Source: a virus
Taxonomy: Duplodnaviria > Caudoviricetes
Reading direction: 5' to 3' (one strand)
Length of the DNA stretch: 49,969 nucleotides
Virus record (IMG/VR): IMGVR_UViG_3300009426_000008
Span: 1-49,969 of that record
Shown here: in pieces, positions 19,096 through 27,268 of the stretch
Layout of the letters: every line of letters begins with the position of its first letter
Numbering within the stretch: the first letter of the stretch is position 1
Translations under genes and position numbers: made by a program
Notes under the pieces: generated by a model
Databases searched by the model: none
Told to the model about the DNA's origin: nothing
The model's input: the letters and a program-made list of their open reading frames with translations, nothing else

Positions 19096-19427
19096 CCTTT
19101 ATTGTAAACGATAATTGTATTTCCTGCAAATATACCGACTGCGTCGAGGTATGTCCTGTGGACTGCTTCTACGAGGGCGAGAACATGTTAGTAATCCATC
19201 CTGACGAATGCATCGACTGTGGCGTCTGCGAGCCAGAATGTCCAGCTGATGCAATCCTTCCGGACACTGCGCCTGACACAGAAAAATGGGTTGAATTTAA
19301 CCGTACGTATTCCGAGTTGTGGCCGGTGATCATCAGCAAAAAGGACCCGCTGCCTGGCGCAGACGAAATGGATGGCGTGCCAGGTAAGATGGATCTGTTC
19401 TCTGATAAGCCTGGTGAGGGCGGCTAA
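19092..19427 (+). CDS. fdxA: 7Fe ferredoxin
   Basis: [18 protein letters not shown]...[12 protein letters not shown] with alphaproteobacterial-type C-terminal FS..PG.G. Confidence 0.95.
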   Translation: MTFIVNDNCISCKYTDCVEVCPVDCFYEGENMLVIHPDECIDCGVCEPECPADAILPDTAPDTEKWVEFNRTYSELWPVIISKKDPLPGADEMDGVPGKMDLFSDKPGEGG

Positions 19428-19444
19428 AAATATTATGTTTTTGC

Positions 19445-19492
19445 TTGACAAGCAAGGCGCTTTGCTGTATATTCATAGAGTAAGCAAAGGAG
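19445..19492 (+). promoter_or_regulatory. Early promoter/leader cassette copy 2
   Basis: TTGACA-17-TATATT-6-GTAAGCAAAGGAG. Confidence 0.9.
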
Positions 19493-19499
19493 ATAAGAC

Positions 19500-19847
19500 A
19501 TGGAAAAAGATCGCAAAGAAATTACAGAAATGTTGACCGGGCTGCGGGACCTTGATGGCACCATGTTGTGTGATGTTGGTCGTGAAATGGCTGATTATGA
19601 AAGCATGATTGTTGACCGCGGCGGCATTGCTGGCAGCGGCTTTATTGATTTCGAAAGCTATGGTTACGCCTTGGGCGTTGAAATTACAATCAAGTACAAG
19701 CGCCTTGAAACTGACGTAGAATACAAAAGGCGCCTTAAGTCTGAATCAGTGATCCGTGAAAAGAAAAAGGCTTTAAAGGTCAAGAAGGACGAAAAAGACC
19801 GCAAGGAATTTGAGCGCCTCAAGAAGAAGTTTGGCGACAAAGTATGA
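19500..19847 (+). CDS. Hypothetical early protein
   Basis: 115 aa; R.ETD.EY..R...E.KEFERLKKKF C-terminal coiled region. Confidence 0.8.
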   Translation: MEKDRKEITEMLTGLRDLDGTMLCDVGREMADYESMIVDRGGIAGSGFIDFESYGYALGVEITIKYKRLETDVEYKRRLKSESVIREKKKALKVKKDEKDRKEFERLKKKFGDKV

Positions 19848-20071
19848 GTTATCACGGTATTGGTAAAGAGGCATGGGACGCCCTGCCCAAAATATTTGAC
19901 GCACCTGAGGTAGCAGAAACGCTAGTGGGTGGCGAAAGGTTTTGGGCATATACTTACCTGTTTCCGCACAGTACCGCTACAGATGTTGTATGCACAATGG
20001 AAGCTGGCATCAGTTACAGCAATATGACCGGACTGTTTACCAAGTATGTCCAAGCGAAAGAGGATCAATGA
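19844..20071 (+). CDS. Hypothetical protein
   Basis: 75 aa, ATGA-coupled at both ends. Confidence 0.65.
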   Translation: MSYHGIGKEAWDALPKIFDAPEVAETLVGGERFWAYTYLFPHSTATDVVCTMEAGISYSNMTGLFTKYVQAKEDQ

Positions 20072-20415
20072 TGGGACGCAATGCAGACGGGAATGTTTTT
20101 GTTTTTAGCTTCAGCCAGGAAGGCTTTGAGGCAATTGTCAATCTCACTGCGATTGATGAAAAATATGTAATGGCAAAAATGGCAGATAAAGAACTTCCGC
20201 AAACTGTTGACAGTATTCTCAACATGATGACTCTACGCGCCAGATTCAATGAGGCACGGGGCATGGAAGTTTGGTTGTTGAAGCTGGACGACGCCTTCAC
20301 TGAAGAAGAGCTAATTGCAATGGCTGATGATGATCCGCAGCACGTAGCAGAACTTGCACGTATGGGCGAAAATCTCTGGGGCAAAAAGCAGACTGGCAGA
20401 AAGGTTATTGTGTAA
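20068..20415 (+). CDS. Hypothetical protein with MxKM motif
   Basis: Start moved to ATG after SD GAGGA; EKYVMAKMAD; LRARFN. Confidence 0.75.
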   Translation: MMGRNADGNVFVFSFSQEGFEAIVNLTAIDEKYVMAKMADKELPQTVDSILNMMTLRARFNEARGMEVWLLKLDDAFTEEELIAMADDDPQHVAELARMGENLWGKKQTGRKVIV

Positions 20416-20417
20416 GT

Positions 20418-20615
20418 ATGTCAACAAATGGACTGTTTTGTATTTGGTTTGATGATAACTTTGCTGCTCATGCCGCCTATGAGGAATTGACGCGCAAGGG
20501 AATCATTCAAGATAATACCCACGTTACTTACCTTAAAGACATCTATGCTAGCGACCGCGGTTGGGGGTTTAGTGATCATGAGGTTGGATTGCTAGCAAAG
20601 CTGACAGTAGGCTGA
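20418..20615 (+). CDS. Hypothetical protein with degenerate C-terminal motif
   Basis: 65 aa ending FSDHEVGLLAKLTVG. Confidence 0.65.
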   Translation: MSTNGLFCIWFDDNFAAHAAYEELTRKGIIQDNTHVTYLKDIYASDRGWGFSDHEVGLLAKLTVG

Positions 20616-20647
20616 TGAAAATAATTCACCTTTTTTGCAGATAATGA

Positions 20648-20699
20648 TTGACATCCAAGGCACTTTGCTATAGATTATAAGAGTAAGCAAAGAGGATAT
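20648..20699 (+). promoter_or_regulatory. Early promoter/leader cassette copy 3
   Basis: TTGACA-17-TAGATT-6-GTAAGCAAAGAGGATAT. Confidence 0.9.
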
Positions 20700-20704
20700 A
20701 CAAA

Positions 20705-21307
20705 ATGACAAATTTTACAGAACTCACCAGCCGCTACGTTGAACTGACACGTTCGCGCCCTGATCGCCGTTGGAAAGAATCCACGCTAGCCGAAAAAGTT
20801 GCTGAAGTTGAAGCACAAAACGCAGAAGATGCACGCCAACGCGCCGAGCGCGAAGCTGAAAAGGCGGCTGCTGAAGCAACCCGTGAAGCGCGTGTTGCTG
20901 CACGTGGCGCATTTGAAACATATCATGAACGCGCACCACGCGGCGGCGAACGCGACGAATATCGGTTAGGTAATGTTACATATTGGGCTTCGCGTGTTAT
21001 TGCAAAGCACGAAGAAGTTACAGCCGAGCTGACAGCAGCATTTTTGAGCAACCCACTGCAAGCAATGAGCTGGGGCGGCAAGTATTTTGATTACGCCGGA
21101 GAACTTCAAGTTGCCTACCGCGTGATGCATATGTTTGAATATGGTACAACACCAGCAGGCATTTTGGACACTGCAATGGGCCAGGTTGTCCGCGCTGCAA
21201 AAAGTCCTGCCCGTAGCACTAGCCCAACGTCCAACCTAGCTGAAGTTGCAGAAAACACTGCATGGGCAAAGGTTGTAGACTTCCTGAATGGTGGCAGCAA
21301 CTATTAA
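20705..21307 (+). CDS. Hypothetical early protein, Ala/Glu/Arg-rich helical
   Basis: 200 aa; monocistronic between cassette 3 and terminator. Confidence 0.8.
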   Translation: MTNFTELTSRYVELTRSRPDRRWKESTLAEKVAEVEAQNAEDARQRAEREAEKAAAEATREARVAARGAFETYHERAPRGGERDEYRLGNVTYWASRVIAKHEEVTAELTAAFLSNPLQAMSWGGKYFDYAGELQVAYRVMHMFEYGTTPAGILDTAMGQVVRAAKSPARSTSPTSNLAEVAENTAWAKVVDFLNGGSNY

Positions 21308-21330
21308 TATCCTTGCTTACAACTAGGATA
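21306..21330 (+). promoter_or_regulatory. Hairpin carrying a sequence antisense to the cassette leader
   Basis: AATATCCTTGCTTAC is the reverse complement of GTAAGCAAGGATATT; TATCCT/AGGATA stem. Confidence 0.5.
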
Positions 21331-21334
21331 GATT

Positions 21335-21357
21335 AAAGTGCCTAAGGGCACTTTTTT
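21335..21357 (+). terminator. Intrinsic terminator
   Basis: AAAGTGCC-taag-GGCACTTT followed by Ts. Confidence 0.85.
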
Positions 21358-21358
21358 C

Positions 21359-21387
21359 TTGACTACCCTGACAAAGTAAAGTATATT
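21359..21387 (+). promoter_or_regulatory. Sigma70-type promoter, probably leaderless transcript
   Basis: TTGACT-17-TATATT, ATG 6 nt downstream. Confidence 0.7.
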
Positions 21388-21393
21388 GGTTAC

Positions 21394-21951
21394 ATGACAA
21401 CACTTAGACAACATATCCTAGACAGGCACGTAGACCTGGACTTGCACACAGTTTGGATGGACGAAGCGGAGCGTGTAGCTACGTTTCCGCTATGGACCCA
21501 CACTGGTGTGTTGGCCGGATATCAAGCTTATCGTCCTGACGCTGACAAGGTGCAGAAGAACGACGAAAAGGGGCGTTACTACACTTATCGTGGCAAAAAG
21601 CTAATCCAGAAGCACGTTAAACACGTTGCAGTGTGGGGGCTAGAAAGCTGGTATTTGTCTACTGTACTGTTTATCACAGAAGGCATCTTCGACGCTGCAC
21701 GGCTTACACAGCTCGGCTACAGCGCGATTGCAGTGCTTTCTAACGATCCAAACACTAGCACATTGAATTGGTTGAGTTTTGTGTGCACACAGCGCCCTAC
21801 AGTAGCCGTTTGTGACCCAGGTGCTGCTGGACGTAAGCTGGCAAAGACAGCGCACAAGGCGCACACAGTAAGCGTAGCAGGCTCTGAGGGCGCAGATCTA
21901 GGTGATGCGAGTCCTGAATATGTTAGGAAGCTAGTAGAATGGTATCGCTAA
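21394..21951 (+). CDS. TOPRIM-domain primase-like protein (short)
   Basis: GYQAYRP, ITEGIFDA, VCDPG, D.GD motifs. Confidence 0.75.
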   Translation: MTTLRQHILDRHVDLDLHTVWMDEAERVATFPLWTHTGVLAGYQAYRPDADKVQKNDEKGRYYTYRGKKLIQKHVKHVAVWGLESWYLSTVLFITEGIFDAARLTQLGYSAIAVLSNDPNTSTLNWLSFVCTQRPTVAVCDPGAAGRKLAKTAHKAHTVSVAGSEGADLGDASPEYVRKLVEWYR

Positions 21952-22652
21952 CACCAAACCAATTGAAAACACTGCGCAAAATGGTGCTAGGTACAACTGA
22001 AAAGCTTGACGGGCGAATCGTTAATGCATTGCAGCGCAGGCATCTAGTCAAAAACAATCATGCAACCACCTCTGGCTGGCATGCTGTTGGTGAGATGCGC
22101 TACACGCCTGAGATCAAAATCCCGTGCGATTGGGAGGTAGACACGTGGAAAGATTGTGTTCTTAGTGTGGTGGAGGTTCCTGAATTTCCTCCACAATATA
22201 ATAATGATAGAACGCCGCGTTGGACCCACGCAAAAGAGCGCGAATATCAGTTCAATATCCATGAGATCATGAAGTTCTATCAAGAGGTTCGTATCGCACA
22301 ATCACAATGGGTTAATGCGAAATGGGACGAAGGTATGGACCATGAATACAAAAATGAACTAAAATATGGCTGGTCAGGCAACAATGTGCCATGGCGCGAT
22401 CGCATTGTTTTGAATGGTGAAGAAGAAGCTCTTGCTAACGTATCAATAGAACGTAATCTTTATTACACAGGCGAACTATTTTTCAGGTGGGCAGATGCTC
22501 TGTACAAGACACACGTTATAGAGCCGAATCGGCTGGGGGTCATCAGTTACAAATTCAGTTTACAGGACAACGAAGACGAACACCGTAAGTTTTGGTCTAA
22601 TTACACCGAGCGTGAAAATACTTGGATTACTGCTTATGTAGCAGTTGACTAA
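21939..22652 (+). CDS. Hypothetical protein
   Basis: 237-aa ORF. Confidence 0.7.
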   Translation: MVSLTPNQLKTLRKMVLGTTEKLDGRIVNALQRRHLVKNNHATTSGWHAVGEMRYTPEIKIPCDWEVDTWKDCVLSVVEVPEFPPQYNNDRTPRWTHAKEREYQFNIHEIMKFYQEVRIAQSQWVNAKWDEGMDHEYKNELKYGWSGNNVPWRDRIVLNGEEEALANVSIERNLYYTGELFFRWADALYKTHVIEPNRLGVISYKFSLQDNEDEHRKFWSNYTERENTWITAYVAVD

Positions 22653-22685
22653 TCAGTCACTATCGGCTATAATAAAAGTGTAACA

Positions 22686-22988
22686 ATGGAGTTCAATATG
22701 AAAATTATTAAGCCCGCGCCATGTAACGAAAACTGGAGTGTAGAAATATACTGCACAGGTTTTGGTAACAACCACACCGGCTGTGGCGCACTTCTTGAAG
22801 TTAATCGAGAAGATTTGCGATACTATCCAGGCAGTCATTCAGATTCTAAGGTACATATTGACCCTGCGGTGACAATGAAATGTATTTCGTGCTCTGCCCT
22901 TACTGATATTGGTGTGCAGCATTATCCGCCTAATCATAAGCGCCTAAAACGATACACCCATAGGTGGTCAGAGGATATTGGCAAATGA
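22686..22988 (+). CDS. Hypothetical zinc-ribbon-like protein
   Basis: CTG...GCGA and CISC pairs. Confidence 0.65.
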   Translation: MEFNMKIIKPAPCNENWSVEIYCTGFGNNHTGCGALLEVNREDLRYYPGSHSDSKVHIDPAVTMKCISCSALTDIGVQHYPPNHKRLKRYTHRWSEDIGK

Positions 22989-23146
22989 TACTCGCAGAAA
23001 AACTCTATGTTGAAAAAGTCCGTAAGGAAGTCGAATACTGGCACAAAGCAAATGACTATCCTGGATACAATTATGTTCTAGCTATTACTGAGTGGGAACT
23101 AAATAAAAATGGATTGACTATGTATAGCAGCAAGGAACAACAATAG
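22985..23146 (+). CDS. Hypothetical protein (TAG stop)
   Basis: ATGA-coupled 53-aa ORF; supplies SD for the next gene. Confidence 0.55.
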   Translation: MILAEKLYVEKVRKEVEYWHKANDYPGYNYVLAITEWELNKNGLTMYSSKEQQ

Positions 23147-23590
23147 ATGATGCTACTCGATAAGACAATACTCGTTGCATTATTTGCAACAGCCGCAACA
23201 GTGGCGATTGCCCACACAGACGTTAATGACCCGCATGTCAAAGCGCGGATGGCAGGCATGATGACAATGGCTAGCGAGCTAAAGACACTTGGTCAAATGG
23301 CAAAAGGCGAAGTGGCATTTGACGAAACTTCCGCCACCACAGCACTTGCAGCTCTTCAAGCAGAAACTGATCGCATTGTGGCGTTGTTTGAAACGCAGGC
23401 AAACGATCCAAAGTCAGAAGCAAGCCCGGCTATTTGGGACGACCGTGAAGGGTTTGCTCAACGGGCTGCAGAAATGGCCACTGTTCTAAATGACATTAGC
23501 GTTTCATCTTCTGAGGAAACAATGGCTGCAATGCGCATTATAGGCCCTGCCTGTTTAGCTTGTCACAAAGATTATCGCATCAGCAATTAA
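23147..23590 (+). CDS. Cytochrome c'/c556 (class II cytochrome c) with signal peptide
   Basis: Signal peptide, 'AR...M', 'S.A.PAIW.D...F', C-terminal CLACHKDYR haem motif. Confidence 0.92.
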   Translation: MMLLDKTILVALFATAATVAIAHTDVNDPHVKARMAGMMTMASELKTLGQMAKGEVAFDETSATTALAALQAETDRIVALFETQANDPKSEASPAIWDDREGFAQRAAEMATVLNDISVSSSEETMAAMRIIGPACLACHKDYRISN

Positions 23591-23612
23591 TCGTAAATCT
23601 CAAAGAAAACGG

Positions 23613-23660
23613 TTGACAAACCAAGACACTTCGCTTATAGTAGTATTGTAAGCAAAAGGA
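23613..23660 (+). promoter_or_regulatory. Early promoter/leader cassette copy 4
   Basis: TTGACA-17-TATAGT-6-GTAAGCAAAAGGA. Confidence 0.9.
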
Positions 23661-23667
23661 AAATATT

Positions 23668-25011
23668 GTGACCCCGATTCATCTTATTATACAAGAACTG
23701 AACTTGGAAAATGGCAGCAACTACAAAATGGACGTGCTGCGCAAACACGCCGACAATGAATTGTTGCAGCGTGTTCTCAAGATGACATATGACAAGGTTG
23801 CGTTCACATATGGCATTACGATGAAGAATGTCACACTTAGACCATCAAATCCTAATCCTACTGGTGATTTGGAATGGGCATTGACTGTCCTGGAAAAAGA
23901 GTTTGCGAATCGCAACACAACAGGCAATGATGCGCTTTACATGTTGGACGACGTTCTTTGGAATCTGAGTGACGATAACAGAGATATTGTAGCCAAAGTT
24001 CTCACTCGTGACCTGCGGATTAACATGGGCCGTAGCAACATCAACAAAGTGTTTAAAGGGCTCATTGTCAAGCCCGTCTACATGCGTTGCGGGTTGTTCA
24101 GCGAAAAGACGCGGGGCAAAATTAATCCTGAAGATAGCTTTGTGCAGTTGAAGGCTGACGGCACTTACCGCGAGTTTACAGTTGAAAACAATGAAGTTAT
24201 TTGCAACAGCCGCAGCGGTGAAAGCTACGATTATCCGTTGATTAATGCGCATCTTAAATATCTAGAAGATGGACATTATATCGGTGAATTGACAGTGCGC
24301 CTTGCAGACGGAACAATTTGTGATCGTGCAACAGGTAACGGACTTATCAAAAGCATGGACTTGCCTGCGGGCGCTGAGATTGTGCTAGATCTTTGGGACT
24401 ATGTAACGCTGGAAGAATACACCAACGCTGCAAACAAAATCAAAGGCACCACACCATACCACCGACGTTTCGAAACACTTGTTGACTACATTGGTGAAGA
24501 CTGCCCATATATTCGCGTTATTGAAACACACATCGTCTACACTGTTGCCGAAGCGTTGCAACACTGCGCCGCATGGATGGAGCAAGGGCTCGAAGGTGCT
24601 ATTTGGAAAGACCATAACGCTATCTTCCGCGACGGCACAAGCCCACAGCAACTAAAGCTCAAGCTAGAGATTGATGCTGATGTGCGCATTACAGGGTTTA
24701 AGCCCGGTACAGTTGGCACAAAGCGCGAAGGTAAAATTGGTAGCATTGAGTTTGCAACAGATGACGGCAACGTTAAAGGCTTTGCAAGTGGGTTTACTGA
24801 TGCTGAACTGGACGACATGGATGCGCGGCGCGAGGAACTGATGGGACAAGTAATGACTGTAACATGCAGCGACATTACACGTGGCCGCAGCAACGAGTAT
24901 TATGCACTAAGCCACCCGCGTTTTGTGGAACTACGCGACGACAAGACTGACACAGACACGCTGGAGCGCATCTTTGAAACTAAAGACATGGCAATGGCTG
25001 TAGGAGGCTAA
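23668..25011 (+). CDS. ATP-dependent DNA ligase (T4 gp30-like)
   Basis: QLKADG adenylation motif, EGAIWK, LKLK, HPRF..LRDDK. Confidence 0.93.
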   Translation: MTPIHLIIQELNLENGSNYKMDVLRKHADNELLQRVLKMTYDKVAFTYGITMKNVTLRPSNPNPTGDLEWALTVLEKEFANRNTTGNDALYMLDDVLWNLSDDNRDIVAKVLTRDLRINMGRSNINKVFKGLIVKPVYMRCGLFSEKTRGKINPEDSFVQLKADGTYREFTVENNEVICNSRSGESYDYPLINAHLKYLEDGHYIGELTVRLADGTICDRATGNGLIKSMDLPAGAEIVLDLWDYVTLEEYTNAANKIKGTTPYHRRFETLVDYIGEDCPYIRVIETHIVYTVAEALQHCAAWMEQGLEGAIWKDHNAIFRDGTSPQQLKLKLEIDADVRITGFKPGTVGTKREGKIGSIEFATDDGNVKGFASGFTDAELDDMDARREELMGQVMTVTCSDITRGRSNEYYALSHPRFVELRDDKTDTDTLERIFETKDMAMAVGG

Positions 25012-25012
25012 T

Positions 25013-25114
25013 ATGTGGCTGTTTGGACTCGTTATTATGATTGTTAACTGGAGCAATCCAGTTGTCGTTTGGTGGTGGATTGGCTTTCTTATAGTTTGCT
25101 TTGATTTACTTTAA
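25013..25114 (+). CDS. Small membrane peptide A
   Basis: 33 aa MWLFGLVIMIVNWSNPVVVWWWIGFLIVCFDLL, SD AGGAGG. Confidence 0.6.
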   Translation: MWLFGLVIMIVNWSNPVVVWWWIGFLIVCFDLL

Positions 25115-25125
25115 TAGGTGATAAC

Positions 25126-25557
25126 ATGCTTGAATTTATTTTTCGTATTAACCATTGGAAACCTAGCGACAAGGTCGAGCAAAAAAACTACGTCGCGTGG
25201 GACAAGCGCCTAAGTAAGAATTGGGCAACAGAGCTGCAAATCTCGCGTATGCCATTACGATCCATCTTTGAGCTACATGTGGATACAAGTTGGACTGGCG
25301 GAGACCATGCAGGGCCTCGCGTTAATTTAACACTCCTGTGGTTCTTCTTCAACTTCCAAGTTTACAACATCAATCATTGGAACTGGGATGAAGGCCGCTT
25401 CTACACGAAAGAAGAGGCTATTGCAGAATGGGAAGAAGACCAAAGGTGGCGCGAAGAAAACGACATTGAACAAGACCCAGAAGACAAATATGCATTGTGG
25501 AAAGAAAAAGAATACAAACTTTGGAAAGACACAGTGTATCCAACCCTCAAACTGTAA
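25126..25557 (+). CDS. Hypothetical protein
   Basis: 143 aa; DHAG...HWNW. Confidence 0.75.
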   Translation: MLEFIFRINHWKPSDKVEQKNYVAWDKRLSKNWATELQISRMPLRSIFELHVDTSWTGGDHAGPRVNLTLLWFFFNFQVYNINHWNWDEGRFYTKEEAIAEWEEDQRWREENDIEQDPEDKYALWKEKEYKLWKDTVYPTLKL

Positions 25558-25566
25558 GGAAGAAAA

Positions 25567-25659
25567 ATGTGGTTCTTTGGCTTCGCTCTCATGCTATTCA
25601 CTAGTCCATCATCAGGCGCATGGTGGGTTGGACTATTGTTGTTTATTATTGGCCTTTAG
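25567..25659 (+). CDS. Small membrane peptide B (paralog of A)
   Basis: 30 aa MWFFGFALMLFTSPSSGAWWVGLLLFIIGL, SD AAGGA, TAG stop. Confidence 0.55.
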   Translation: MWFFGFALMLFTSPSSGAWWVGLLLFIIGL

Positions 25660-25676
25660 GCTGGAAAGGAAAGAAG

Positions 25677-25859
25677 ATGATTCTAACTATTACAATTGTT
25701 ATCACCTTTATAGGAGCCACCCTGGCTAGCCATAATGCTGACAATAAGGGCTTCTTATTTTGGCTTGGTATAGTAGTAAGTATTTTTGGTGGCGCTGCAC
25801 TTCTTTCGCTTACCACCATGCAAATGATACCCTTCTTACTGGCAATGCTATTGGTATAA
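25677..25859 (+). CDS. Small membrane protein
   Basis: 60 aa, two hydrophobic helices. Confidence 0.6.
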   Translation: MILTITIVITFIGATLASHNADNKGFLFWLGIVVSIFGGAALLSLTTMQMIPFLLAMLLV

Positions 25860-25919
25860 TAAGTGGTTGACATCATTGGATTTTTTTGTTACTCTGTATA
25901 GATATACAAAGGAATACCA

Positions 25920-26384
25920 ATGAGATTTTTATTAATCATTTCCACATTACTGCTCATTGCAGGATGTAGCTCTGTGCCAAAGATTGACGATGACCCAAAG
26001 ATTGACGATAAACCAAAGTTTGGTGAGGGAGCAAGGATCGGGTCAGGCGACATTGCAGACGCGCTTACCACATACGAGATTCTTGTAAACCCTGCATATG
26101 TTGAGTTAAATCCCCTAATACCTACAAGTGATCCACTTCTCGGCGTGGTTGTTTTAATTGCCATGAAGTATGGTGGTAAGGCTATACTTATCGAAAGCGG
26201 ATATGAGCCGGAATTTGCAAATCGTGCTGTAGACACTGTGGGATGGGTTGCAGCGTGTCATAATCTCGCGATCTTCGCTAGCGGAGGACACCCACTTGGA
26301 TTGCTCCTTGGCGCAGGATGTGGTGCACTCTATTGGAACTACTCAACCGAACATATTTTGGAAAAAGAGGTTGACAACCCATAA
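25920..26384 (+). CDS. Putative lipoprotein with membrane segments
   Basis: Lipobox IAG-C after hydrophobic signal; PKIDD repeat; TTGACA promoter upstream. Confidence 0.7.
   Translation: MRFLLIISTLLLIAGCSSVPKIDDDPKIDDKPKFGEGARIGSGDIADALTTYEILVNPAYVELNPLIPTSDPLLGVVVLIAMKYGGKAILIESGYEPEFANRAVDTVGWVAACHNLAIFASGGHPLGLLLGAGCGALYWNYSTEHILEKEVDNP
25977..26018 (+). repeat. 18-bp tandem repeat in coding sequence
   Basis: CCAAAGATTGACGATGAC CCAAAGATTGACGATAAA CCAAAG. Confidence 0.85.
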
Positions 26385-26418
26385 CGCTTCGCTTATACTG
26401 AGGGTGTAAGCAAAGGAG
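26371..26418 (+). promoter_or_regulatory. Early promoter/leader cassette copy 5
   Basis: TTGACA-17-TATACT-6-GTAAGCAAAGGAG. Confidence 0.9.
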
Positions 26419-26424
26419 ATATAC

Positions 26425-26712
26425 ATGCGTAATGAAAATTGGACCCTCAGCCTAGACGCTAGCGAGCTGCCAGTTTACTTCAAAAAGGGCACCTCACTGT
26501 TTATGACCTATACTTGGGGTTATGACACGGAAGGCGAAATGACTGCGCCAACTGATGTAGGCGTTATGTTTGACGAGGACGTAAACATCGTTACCGGCAT
26601 TGAAATGCTGATGAACGAATATGCGTCAACTGTACATACTCCTCGCTTTTATTATGTAGAAGCAATTTGCGCAGCACCCGGAATTGGGTATGAACTGCAC
26701 TGGGGATCTTAG
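26425..26712 (+). CDS. Hypothetical early protein (TAG stop)
   Basis: 95 aa behind cassette SD. Confidence 0.75.
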   Translation: MRNENWTLSLDASELPVYFKKGTSLFMTYTWGYDTEGEMTAPTDVGVMFDEDVNIVTGIEMLMNEYASTVHTPRFYYVEAICAAPGIGYELHWGS

Positions 26713-26721
26713 GAGATACAA

Positions 26722-27093
26722 ATGTCTATTTTTAATTCAAACGACGTTCAACTTGCCACTGCAGATAAATTGGCAACAATTGACGCGGGCCGTCGGGCAC
26801 AAGAGTTCCTGGACCAGCACTACGGTGGTCAAGACGGCGGCGCATGTGGTTTTGCTTGGGTTACATATTACCCTGAGCACAAAGGCAACACCAAGCTAGG
26901 CAAACTGGAACGCAAGCTGATCGAATCGATTGGCTTCCGCAAAGACTACACCGGCAAGGCGTGGCAAAAGTGGAACCCTTCCAATTCACATTGCCAAAAC
27001 ATTGACGCAAAGTTTACCGGTGCGCAGGCATATGCTGAAACGCTGTTCACAATGGCTGGCGTTAAAGTTAACCCAGGCTATCGGATGGACTGA
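26722..27093 (+). CDS. Conserved phage hypothetical protein
   Basis: GACGFAWV...Q..D.K..GA.AYA...G......RMD; SD AGGAG. Confidence 0.8.
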   Translation: MSIFNSNDVQLATADKLATIDAGRRAQEFLDQHYGGQDGGACGFAWVTYYPEHKGNTKLGKLERKLIESIGFRKDYTGKAWQKWNPSNSHCQNIDAKFTGAQAYAETLFTMAGVKVNPGYRMD

Positions 27094-27260
27094 TGGATTT
27101 ACTAAAAGATCGAGACCCAGCACAGGAGCGTATGGACCTTATTAAGGACCTACGCGACCTTGTTCTGTCGTTTAATGGTTCTATTGAAGACAGCCCGCAT
27201 TATATGCAGCTAGCACGTCTGTTGGTCAGCGAGGCAATGTTAGGTCGCTTCCCCCGCTAA
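27093..27260 (+). CDS. Hypothetical protein
   Basis: 55 aa MDLLKDRDPAQERMDLIKDL..., TGATG-coupled, below track cutoff. Confidence 0.55.
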   Translation: MDLLKDRDPAQERMDLIKDLRDLVLSFNGSIEDSPHYMQLARLLVSEAMLGRFPR

Positions 27261-27268
27261 ATACTGGT

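Noticed and set aside
23144-26724. Programmed TAG-readthrough fusions as an established feature
   Set aside because: Two in-frame cases out of six TAG stops is about what chance predicts; mentioned only as a test of the suppressor tRNA.
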